A stretch of 64,000 nt of DNA from Takakia lepidozioides (taxonomy: Eukaryota > Plantae > Bryophyta): assembly GCA_030704615.1 (NCBI GenBank), contig CM060734.1, forward strand, positions 5,394,001-5,458,000, in the 5' to 3' direction. The notes beneath the pieces were generated by a model that saw nothing but the letters and a program-made list of their open reading frames with translations, did no database searches and was not told the DNA's origin. Made by a program: the position numbers and the translations under genes. Each line of letters opens with the position of its first letter. Position 1 is the first letter of the stretch. Of the stretch, positions 36,461 through 47,262 are shown in pieces.

Positions 36461-39400
36461 CCACTCGATTGACCACTGCTAGAGGTGGACGGTCATCATG
36501 TCGCACCCTCTGTGGTTGTCTCCCTTGGTCCAAAATGCCCTCAACCATGAGATTGGGTGGTCGATGAATGGAATCGTATGCTCTCTTGAGCAGCTCTGGT
36601 GGTGCAAGATTGGTCCACCACAATCGAGGTCGATGCGCGCATGATCCCACCGCTGCTGCATCCAATAGCACCGCCGATCCAATCCAAGACCGCACCTGAT
36701 GCACACTGGCCATAACCCTGGCCCGAGAATCCCCCATAAGAGGAACATTCTCCAAGATATAGCCTAGAGGTTGCACTTGCCTCGTCTGCAAGTCCTGCAA
36801 CACTCGCAACATCTCCCAAAATAAATGCGATCGTGCATCATGCAAGCCATTCCCATGACCTATGGGAGAGTGTCCTTGGCAAGGCCATCCGGTTATCACC
36901 AAGTCAATGGAACCATGCCGTTGCAAATCATCCGCCCCCAGCAAGGTAATGTTTGCTCGCAAGGCCTTTTGATACCCTTGAATTGCTGAGAGATGCAACA
37001 ACTCAGGATACCGGTGTGTGAGCAAGGCAATGTGGCGCATAGAAATACGCCGAGCAATCTCATCCTTCTCCACATACAAATACTTGCGTACTTTAATCCC
37101 TGCTTGCAACACTCCTGCAAGCCCAGTGCTCATGCCTCCAAACATGTCTAGCAAACAAATCCCTAAGTCAGGTGGTTGCCAGGTAATGGGCACTGTGTCC
37201 AAAGGAGCTAACTCAGGAGGTCCAGGTGATGTCATTGAACTCCCCTCACTCACCAATGGAAAAGCCTCCCGCCATGCTTGGTGCAGACACTCGCCTGCTA
37301 CTCGATACAAATTCCCAACCGTACCCCACAGTGGAATATGCACAGGCACATGAGGAAGCAAATCAGCCTTGTATGCCAATTGTTTGTCCTCATCAGGTGA
37401 TGGCCTATCATCTGCATGACTATTGCCCTCCAAGAGCTCACCACCCCAAGCCACCACCCCTGAGAATGCAGCCAATATGGGCATCATGTTCCTATGATCC
37501 ACCGCTACATTCCCAATAAACCGCACTGGGAGCAGTGCACGTCGACCATCTCCTGACTGCCATTCCAGCATGTAGGCCTTCTTTGAACCGCCCAAAGATG
37601 TTTGAATTTGGAAATGAGAAGGCTCCAAATCCGCCTCTGTAAGGCCTAAGCCTGCAATTGCTGCTCTTCCCAACATCAATGGCTGTGCTCCCGAGTCCAA
37701 CAAGACCCGCAGTGGCCTATACCTCTTCCCGGTTGGGCCACCCAACTGAAACACACCATCCTGATTGTCCACCAGGACTACCCCAGGAGTCACCATACTA
37801 CGCTCAATGGCTGGTATAGCTGACAACTCCTGCAACCTTGCAGCTGCCGCTTGCCATGGTGCAGCTGTGGCTGTCTTCACCCTTGAGTCCATGACATCCA
37901 TGCACTGCACATTATCCGCTATCCCCGCAGATAGTGCCGATGCATCACCACTCTCACAAAGTCTAGCTGCTAGTCTGAACACAACATCTGGCCGAATCCC
38001 CGGCATTGCAATGGTCATCGCAGAAAACAATGGAGCTTGGCAAACCGCCGTAGCCGCCCCCAACAATGTACTGGCTGCACTCTGCTTTGCAGCACCACCC
38101 ACTAGCATTTTCCGAGCCACACCAACTCTTCCCACTGGTACTCGTGGCTCTACCTCTGACACACTTGGATGAGCGGGTACCATCGATGGCGTAGTTGGCA
38201 CTGTCTCAGCCAATGTGAAAGACTGTGGAAGCCTTGTCTGTCGCCTTGCTTCCCCTCTTTGTGGATCAAAATCCACATTTGCTCCTCTTGGCTCAGGAGC
38301 ACGCGTTGTTGCTCGAGTGACAGCAGCTGCAGAGTCCACATGCAATGGTCCAGCAAGTGCGGCTCCACACATGAAGCCCATACCAATCTGGTCTTCCCTA
38401 GGCATAGGAGGTTGTGCAGGTGGGGCTTGAATCTCAGGCCTTGGAGCTGACGCCACATTAGTAGTGGCCATGGCAGCAAGACGTTGCTCTAGTTGGGCAA
38501 GCCTATCCACCATGCCTTGGTCATGACCTTGACCTTGACCTTGTGCTCCTTGGTTTTGGTCACGACCTCCACCGCGACCTCTGTCTCCTCTACCTCTCTG
38601 GACTACATTGCCTCGTCCTCGGCCACCATTGTTCCCTTGGAACTGGCCTTGCCGTAGCTCAAGATGCAAGTCATAACAATGGGCCTCTTCATGCCCATAC
38701 TTGTCACAATGCCCACACTGTAGTTGTGTAGGCTGTGCCTGTGCCGGCTCTTTGCCTCTCTCCGGGCAATCTCTCTTAACATGGGGTCCTCCACAATCCC
38801 AACATGTCACACCCGACTGTTGTTGGCCTGAGAATGAAGGAAGTGACATGTGCAATTGAGATCCTCTCTGTCCTTCCCTGGGCCCCCTTGTTGCCTTGAG
38901 CACGTTGGGGTAGTGGTTGTTGTTGGCTAGGAGCCCCACTTCGTTGTGTCTCCTTACCAAACCCCACCATGACCACTCGCTCCTCCACAATATTGAGCTC
39001 TATCCGCTCTGCCAGCAAAAACACGTTTGCTAAGGTGGGTTGGTCTACTTGTAGGAGAGTTGCATCCTGCACCCTTCTCCTTAGCTCCTTGTCCAATATC
39101 CCATACCAGAATTGAACTGCTTGAGCTTCCGTAACCCCTTAGGTTACATTTATCAATCGCCTCATGCGCGTGTAACCTCCCTCAAACTCTCAGTAGGCTT
39201 GCGCTGGAACTCTTGCAAGCTCCGCAATTTCTCCGTCCTTATCCCTTGGTAGTTTTTCCTCAACTCCTCGAAGAACTCCACAACTGGGTTAAAGGCAGGC
39301 ATGGGTGCTGGTGCTGCAGCAGAAGCTTGAGTGGATTTCCCAGCTCCATCTTTACTTGTCCCACTACTAGTGCTTGCAGTTGGGGATGTTGGTGTAGCTG

Positions 39401-39920
39401 CTGGTATCGCCGCTGGTATCGCCGCTGCCCTTGTGCCTCTAGTGATGGAGATATAGTCAGATGACCAATATTGTCGTCACTCCTCAATCTCCACCTCATT
39501 TCCCCGCCTAAACTCATGGTAGTCATCCATAGGCGACCCCTCAAGGTACTGAAACAGCCCCTTCCACGCCATAAAAGGCGTAAACAGTTGTGGATTGCGC
39601 ATCTGCTCCAAATCACACCAACTATCAAACTCCTGTATGAAATCATCAAACTCGATGGTGCCCACAGCTCCCGAGTACCGACGTGGCCCCTTGGTAGCTC
39701 CATACATTTCCTCCATCGTATCCCACAACAATGGCACGGAAATGGCTTGCACCCTCGACGAGAATCCTCCTAACTCTGAGTCTGAACCTTCATCAGAAGA
39801 CACTGAAGGTGAAGGTGGCCTAAACCGCACACCTCGTCTTATATACCCACTAGTATCGCTGGTGCTCGTACCGGCACTCTCCTCAGCAAATGGTGGCACC
39901 TCCGTGATGAAAACTTTCAC
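36461..39920 (-). pseudogene. Ty3/Gypsy gag-protease-C5 cytosine methyltransferase polyprotein (5' half of a DNMT-Gypsy)
   Basis: Gag fragments; knuckles CWDCGGPHVKRDC and CGHCDKYGHEEAHC; LLDSGA protease; DNMT motifs I LDMFGG, II YVEKD, IV GWPCQG, VI LENV, VIII RPRLWWTNL. Motifs IX-X are cut off at about 36460. Confidence 0.9.
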
Positions 39921-40679
39921 TCAAACCGGCTATCAACTCGTCTCTAATCCTCCTTTCCACAAGGTAACCGAGTAGAAAACCTGTTGCGGCTTATGGTTTG
40001 GAATACTAGGTTCCTATTCTGAACGTGCACCTGCACCTGTATCCACCGCAGGCACTCCTATGGTTTGCTGGTCATCAACCCAGCCTCACCATAAGATAAA
40101 CAATGATGGTCTGCTGGTCATCACCCCGGCCTCACCACCGACAGCACGCTCTAGGATTGGCCGGCCACAATATTTCCGGCACAACCACCTATAAAAGCAA
40201 GCGCCCAGACCAAACTAGCATGGCGCACAGTCAAGCATGCATGTGTGGGAGGAGGATCCAAACACAGGAAACTCAAACAACAACACCTCCCACAGCTTAA
40301 ATCCATCGATCTCCTTGCGGCTTCAATAAACCTGCAAGATGGCCAAGTCTCTATCCAAACCAGCTCTGCCTCCGTTTATGGAAAAGCTTTGGCCTACAAG
40401 AATGATGGAAGACTATCGAGAAGAGAAGCTAAAGCAATCTCTAAGCCCAGAATGCTCTTATCCCATTACTCCCCCTATCTTCACACTCACTCTTGCTTAA
40501 GCAATAGATAAGACTATCCTTAAATAACCTCTCAAATAACTCTCAAGAGACCTCAAATTATTGCCATGAACTTCTGAAATCTGCCCTCAATCAGTCCCTA
40601 ACATAGACCCACCGATGTTTAAGAAGTTCGCAAACTTGGATTCTAAACAGTCCACCAAAAGGCCCTAGGCGCCCGCCAA

Positions 40680-41160
40680 GTAGTGGCCTCCATGGTCTCC
40701 AACCAACCCTCACGATGGCTCCACAAGCCTGCCCAATATGGCCTCCAAGAGTCGTCCAAACAACCCTTAAGAAGCTCCTCAAATCTGCCAAGTATTGGCC
40801 TCCAAGGACCTCCAACAGCCCTTAAGAAGCTCCTCAAATCTGCCAAGTATTTGCTCCCAAGAACCTCCAATAGTCCCCCAAAGAGCTTTTAGAAAACTCC
40901 ATAAGCCTGCCCAAGATGGGCCTCCAAGGACCTCCAATCGTCCTCCAACCAGCCCTTACAAGGCTCCACAGGTCTGCCAAACATTGGCCTCAAAGAACCC
41001 CAAATAGTCCTTCAAACAACCCCAGGCTCCACAAGCCTGTAAGATATTGGCTTCAATAGACCCCAAATAGTCCTCAAACAGGCCCCAATACCTGCAAGAT
41101 ATTTGCCTCAATAGACCCCAAATAGTCCTCAAAGCATGCCCCAGAAGGCTCCAAAAATAT
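40680..41160. repeat. Degenerate ~40-60-bp tandem repeats in the DNMT-Gypsy leader
   Basis: CCCTTAAGAAGCTCCTCAAATCTGCCAAGTATT twice; GACCCCAAATAGTCCTCAAA repeats. Confidence 0.65.
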
Positions 41161-41171
41161 CCATAGTCAAT

Positions 41172-41640
41172 CGATTTTTCATCCGTCACTGACCAAATTT
41201 CATCCAAAACCACGATTTCTCATCCGCAGGTCCGATACTTCATCCGAGGCGATAGTTCATCCGTCGGTGCGATATTTCATCCACTGGCGCGATTTCATCC
41301 GCTGGCGCAGTTTCATCCGTCGCCACGATTTTTCATCGTTCATCCACTGCCACGATTTCATCCGCTGACGCAGTTTCATCCGTCGCCGCAATTTTTCATC
41401 CGATAGCGCGATAGTTCATCCGCTGACGCGATTTCATCCGTTGCCACGATTTTTCATCCAATAGCGCGATAGTTCATCCACTGCAACGATTTCATCCGTC
41501 GCCGTGATTTTTCATCCAATAGCACGATAGTTCATCCACTGACGAGATTTCATCCGATGACGCAGTTTCATCCACTACAACCGATTCTCATCCAAGAGCG
41601 CCAATTTTCATCCATTGGTTCAATAGTTCATTCGATTGGA
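41172..41640. repeat. About 20-bp minisatellite with a TTCATCC core (roughly 20 units) in the DNMT-Gypsy leader
   Basis: GATTTCATCCG/GATAGTTCATCC units read directly. Confidence 0.85.
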
Positions 41641-42509
41641 CAACGGTGGTGCTCCCAACCCCTGGGACAATGTTCCCACGCGTTCCTACGAGTTGCCAAG
41701 GAGTTCCCATACGTTCTCACGCATTCTTTCAAGTTCCCAAGGAGTTCACACACGTTCCCAAGCGTTCCCATATGTTCCCAAGCTAGGGTTTGCGCCGCTT
41801 TGCCTCTGCGATTGCTGCAACGAGCTATGGCTTCTATGGAGCAACCAGAGGTGTCGTTCTTGGTTTCTTGAGCATCAATAGACCACCAAGAGTGCCTCTA
41901 ACTCCCTGAGCAGGCTATTTGCCACACAACAAGCTCTCTTTCTTTATAGAACTTATTGAAACAAGCATAGAACAAGCTATTGAGCTTTCTATGGCATACC
42001 CTCTTCTAGCCATTGCATGCACTCATAGTGCTTCCTTCCATGGCCATAGTGCACCTCTTAGAGCTCCCAATCCAGCCCTGCACTTCCATTGACATGCTCT
42101 TCCCAAGCTTGGGATTGAAACCCCAACTCAAAGCATGCTCTACAAATACACTATTCTGCCCCAAAGAGAAATCAAATGTCTACCTCCACTCATAGCTCTC
42201 CTAAGCTTGAAGTTGAAGACTCCCACAAGCTGAAACCATGCTCCACACATGCACTGCTTGCTCCCTTAACACCCGAGCTCTTCTTGAACTCATCAAACCC
42301 TGCAACACTTGCAAAACAAGAGCTTCTTCACAAGCTCTCAAACTTTTCAATTGGGGCTTTCCTTGAAGACCTCCTCTTGTACATAAACACCACAAGGCTT
42401 TCTTCTTGCAAACCCTGCAACACCTTGTATCTTAAGAGCTATCTATCAAGCTCTCTTCCACACACAAGTGCTAACTATGCTAACACCTTGCACTCATAGA
42501 TGTAAGCAG

Positions 42510-42521
42510 GTCTTCTTCTAG
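42510..42521 (-). promoter_or_regulatory. Putative self-priming PBS (CTAGAAGAAGAC)
   Basis: Directly follows the LTR CA, does not start with TGG, and is the exact 12-nt complement of LTR sequence at 42679-42690. Confidence 0.7.
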
Positions 42522-42882
42522 TGATACGAAAATGGTGAAAAGAGGAGAAACCACTCTATCACGTTATATAAGTCAAGCCAATGGCACCTTTGCTAAAGGA
42601 CTCCACCATACAGACCTCACCCACTCTTCATATCAAGTACTAGAGCTATGGCGGCGAGAGAGGCCTCGGGAGGCTCGACTAGAAGAAGACGAGCCTGCCT
42701 ACGTCTCACGTGGAGATAACCTCTCCACGTCCCAAGTGAGGTTCGTCACCTCACTTGGCACATGGAACCAAATGAAGTCCCAATGCCAACAAAATACAAA
42801 TATAAATATATAATGTCATAATTAATTAGAAATAACTAATTACAAATAAAACCATGACCCGTTCAGCACTAGAAACCTGACA
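42522..42882 (-). repeat. 5' LTR of the DNMT-Gypsy
   Basis: Minus strand TGTCAGG...CGTATCA. Patchy homology to 22069-22385 (AAGTCAAGCCAA, AGGCTC..GAGCCT, AGATAACC.CTCCA). Confidence 0.7.
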
Positions 42883-43950
42883 GCTGCTCAGAATGCTTCA
42901 ATCACGTTCTCACGGCACCATGCAATGCATACGGGCCTGACTCTCTCCATACTCTTTTTCAGAAGAGTTCCTTTTTGGAAAGGATGACACCCATGTCACC
43001 TCTCAACTCTTACAAATTTGTATAAGGTGCTTCAAAGGCCAATAGCCGTGGTGTACCAAGGTAATCCGTGCACACTGACATCAAGGTTAGGCAGTGAAAT
43101 GAATTTGCCTTGCTTGTTGTCCTCCGTGAGCTTGACTGTGCCCCAAAGACATTTGTGAAGAGAACACCCTCCACTCTGGTGTTTGCCTTCGCAGAATCGG
43201 CCCCACATATATTGTTACAGAAGAAGCTCTCTCTATGGATGCTCGGCACTCTTTGCCTTTGCTCAAGCAGCTCCCACTGCGGGTGGACAAATGCTTCACC
43301 GTTGCATCTCATCCCTCGCATAAGCATTTGACAACTGCTCCCTCATGGTCCATGCTCTGTTCCTTGGGCTACCACTGGTTACAAGTCTGACCTGAAGGAA
43401 GACAGGTTAACTATTTCAAAAAAGTACATGATCAAAAAATGGTGATAGAGGTCCTACATGTCGCAGGCTTCCATTCTTTCCGAGGGCCAAACTTCAAATG
43501 GATACATAACTCTAGGAAAATGTTTGAACCTATCCAGACACAGGGAACCTTACTTGTTCTCTGTTTGCCAAGCCCTGATATAAATCCTTCTGCTTCAGGA
43601 TTGTTAGGCTGTCTGAAACTGTATGTGTGTCCAGCTAAAAGAAACAATCACATTCCAGAAAATCTTGAAAATGGGCCTCAAGAAGTGCTTTCTAGAGTAT
43701 ATTGCATGTAACTACTGTTATTTACTTGGAACCTCAGGTATTGATTGCACAAGAATCCCATCCCTCTGTGGCTCAGATCTACTTCCAGGTGTCCCTTCTG
43801 CACAGAGATTAGAACATACCAGAGGCCCACGTTATATGTGTGTGCCTCTGAAAGGATGAGACACATACATATGATCCTGCAAACAGAGAAAAACTGCAAC
43901 AATACATGATGCGCTGTCTAGAGGCTAATCCTGCACACCACAGACAGAAT

Positions 43951-44038
43951 AAAATATTGCAACCCTTAGATGCACCAATCTAATGCTGCACTGGTCGGTG
44001 ATCTATTAGATTGGTGCATCTAAGGGTTGCAATATTTT
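43951..44038. repeat. Perfect 34-bp inverted repeat with a 20-nt loop
   Basis: 43951-43984 is the exact reverse complement of 44005-44038. Confidence 0.95.
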
Positions 44039-44179
44039 GCACTGACGAGTTGTGCAGTGGTCAGTAGTCAGTGCACTGGTCAGTGGTCTAATGCTGGTGG
44101 GTCGGTGATCTATTGTCGGTGGTGCCTCCTTAAACAGACCTTCAACCACCCCAAGTTTGTGGAGCGCACATCTGATCTA

Positions 44180-44880
44180 TGTGGTGGGTCCCACATGCAT
44201 GATGTCAGCACGGATCTCTTTCCAGGACTCCTAGACTGGCACATCACATTGAGTACGCAAATGAATGTGACCCTGCTACGCATCAGCCCTTTCTGGGGCC
44301 ACATTCCGTCTAACCATACTGTTGAATACTTGACGTGCATCCTTCAGGCTTCCACATTTGGCATACATGTCAGCAAGAGCAGTCTCAAGAATGTGTCTGG
44401 CTTAACTCCAGCTTTGATGATGTCTGCATGGACCTCTTTGCCCATTTTCAAGGCTCTTAGGTGAGCAACGCATTGGGAACACAAGTGAATGTCCAAATGT
44501 CAGGCCTCACCCCTTCCTGCTGCATTTGCTCATAGATCTCGACAACATCCTTACCACACCAATTCTTGGCACATCCTGCTATCATTGTACTCCATGCAAA
44601 CATATCTCGTTCAGGCATTTTGTCGAACACTTGTGCATCCATCACACTCCCACACTTGGCATACATTGACAAGGGTGTTGAGCAGAAGGATGTTGGGCTT
44701 GAATCTAATTTGGATGATGTGAGCATGTACCTGCTTTTCCTCTGCTAGTCCCCTCATCTCTATGCACCCCTGCAGGACAAAGACGTAAGTATCAGAAACT
44801 GCCTGAAAACCCTGTTGATTCAGACCTGCAGGGCCTCTTCCAAGTGTCCTGCTTTACACAGTGTCCTCACATTTCCACAG
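44180..44880 (-). pseudogene. PLS-class PPR gene fragment
   Basis: MYAKCGSVMDAQVFDKMPERDMFAWSTMIAG and related motifs, heavily frameshifted. Confidence 0.85.
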
Positions 44881-47262
44881 TTACCAGGAGGTCTTGTTGA
44901 CTCCCTATCTTAGTCCTCTTTCAAAACTAGTGGTGTATACCAAAGGTGTATTGGCAGTTGATTACATATTTTATGATGCCTCCAGGACATCATAAAAATA
45001 AAGAGTTACATATCTGAGAATACATTTAGATTCTGTTCAGCTGGTTTGGTCTATCGAGCAATTCCACACTGAGGCATTTCATACATGTTCCATTTGTGGT
45101 AAAACATGGAAGACTACCTCCACATCTGATGGCTTAGTTCCTTGCTGTGGAACCACCTTTGGCACAGGGTCCACCTTCTTGACTTCAACAAGCAGCTCAC
45201 CTTCAAGCTTCTCCTCCTCTGTTTTCAGACAAGAAGTATCGGAGGAACTGTCGTGAGGCTAGGAAGACCTTGGAATGTCTTGTACGTGCAACAATAGCTA
45301 CTGTAGCAACTTTCTGTCCATGTAAGCATCTCGCTCACCTTATAATCAACCACATCCAATTTGTAAGATCATAGATATCATGTGGTTCTGTGCATCTATC
45401 ATCTGAAGGATTCTGTAGCACTAGCTTGTGAAGGGTGTGCTCATGTCAGGGCTGAGTCCTAGTGATGAATGGAGAGATCCGCAGCAGGTGCATGTCCACT
45501 TATTCTTTGGCCTGAGGTTTCACATGCAGAGAGCCTACACAAATGTTATTTAGGGCACCAAATTCTGCTAGAGGAGCTAATTCCAAACTATTTCGACTTG
45601 CTAATTAGCAGAGAGGAAGACTCTTGCCAAAGGAAGCGTAAATTACGGTGTCACTTCGCCCCGAAGGGCTACTGCCTTCTGTATGGAAGGAGGACACCTT
45701 CTAACGGCCCTAACCGGGGCAACTCAGTTGCCCAATCCTGCCCCAAGGACTCCAAAGTCCCTAGGTACCCACACATGAAGTAACCGGTTGACCCAGTTAC
45801 CCCCCTTTTAGTTGGCCATAATGGGTGACATCCAACACACACTTGTGCCCTAACCACTGGGCCATCTGTAGGAAGCTGCTAATTAGCATGGAATGAGGGG
45901 CTTTCCCCTGTCCCATCAAGTAGAGCGCATGTTTTGAAAGCATGGAGCTGTCAGTTTCATCTCAAAAGATGTTAGGAACCTCAATTTTATGATCATTCTA
46001 ACCCTATCAAGGCTGAGCAGGAATCATACCCGCAGCAAAAGCAACAGCCGAGGCCAGAACCAGCTCAAGTTCAATGAGAACAGCGCCAAACTCAACTTCC
46101 AGCTGCTTTGCCACGGTAGTGTTCCCTAGCAAACCAGTCAAAGTCCTTTTTGTCAGCAGACTGAGTCTTGTGATAGAACCTACAATTAACACCTACCTGC
46201 TCGTCACTGATCTCCACAAGCCCTGCAAAACATGCATGATTTCAAAGCACTGGCTCACAGGCTTGCACCTGAAGTCATGCCGGACATCTTGATCTAGGAG
46301 AATAGATCATGTCCATTTGGGCCATTTCTCAGCTCTCAGGCAGTTGAAGTTTAGCTAATGTATTTTCTTGGTTGACTTTCCCATGAGACCAAACTCCTGT
46401 ACCTTTCACTCATTTAACGGGCCAATTTTTAATTCGAAGTTTCAAATTTCACTGTTCTTATGGACTGCCGATGTGGATGCGTCCATCGTTCAACAGCAAA
46501 TGTAGTTATTTTCCTCCATGTCAATGGACAACCAAAGAGTTGTAGGATTTAGAGCTCAAGCTACTACCTGCATATGGGACGCCAACAACTGCAACCACGA
46601 GGCTAAATTTAGAGAGGTCAGGCAGCTGGGGTGGCTGCCATGGGCTTTCAGCTAGGGGCATGTATGTCAGCCAAGATCCTTCCCAGTTCCTTGTTTTTGC
46701 CGACTGGCCTAGTTCCTGAGGGCTCTTCCAGTGGTGCTACGCCTATGCAGACTGATGTCCAACAACCAATTGTTGCCTGATTCAACCCTGCCATCCTGCA
46801 TGAGTAACTTAGAGACAAATACTTACAGCTCCAAGGTACTTCAAAGAATCCTCTTCTCATGCAGACAGGCACTCATCCTGTTAATGCTGTAGTTGACACA
46901 CAGCCAGCAACAATCCGGATGCATCCACTGGACACCCAGTATCGCAATGTTCTTGGGATCCCTTGTTAAACTTCTGTAGGTGCAACACAACAACCCCTGT
47001 AACTTAAGGACTGTATTCAGGCCCACTGTTCCTCGACAAATGCACCATCAGGGTGTAGACGACTTACCGCTGCTTGGATTTTGATCATCAGCATGGACAG
47101 CTCTCAGAAACTGAGTACCGACACTCACAGATGTTGAGACAAGTTATGTTGCGCAAGTATCGACTTGAAAACTATCGTCACTTTCCAGTCAAACTATGAG
47201 TTTTGACCTTTCCGTGTCACGTTTTGTAGCACTGCACTTGCTGCATGCTTGTACTCGTTTCA

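Noticed and set aside
36460-37165. Bacterial restriction-modification methylase or contamination
   Set aside because: In frame with gag knuckles and a retroviral-type protease, within plant nuclear sequence.
22069-42882. One intact 20.8-kb LTR element with a nested transposon
   Set aside because: The LTRs are only patchily similar, flanks (GCAGC vs GCATG) are not a TSD, and coding sequence is missing at the junctions.
45599-45888. MITE bounded by TGCTAATTAGCA at both ends
   Set aside because: The 12-mer is self-palindromic, so TIR and TSD cannot be told apart, and there is no second copy in the window.
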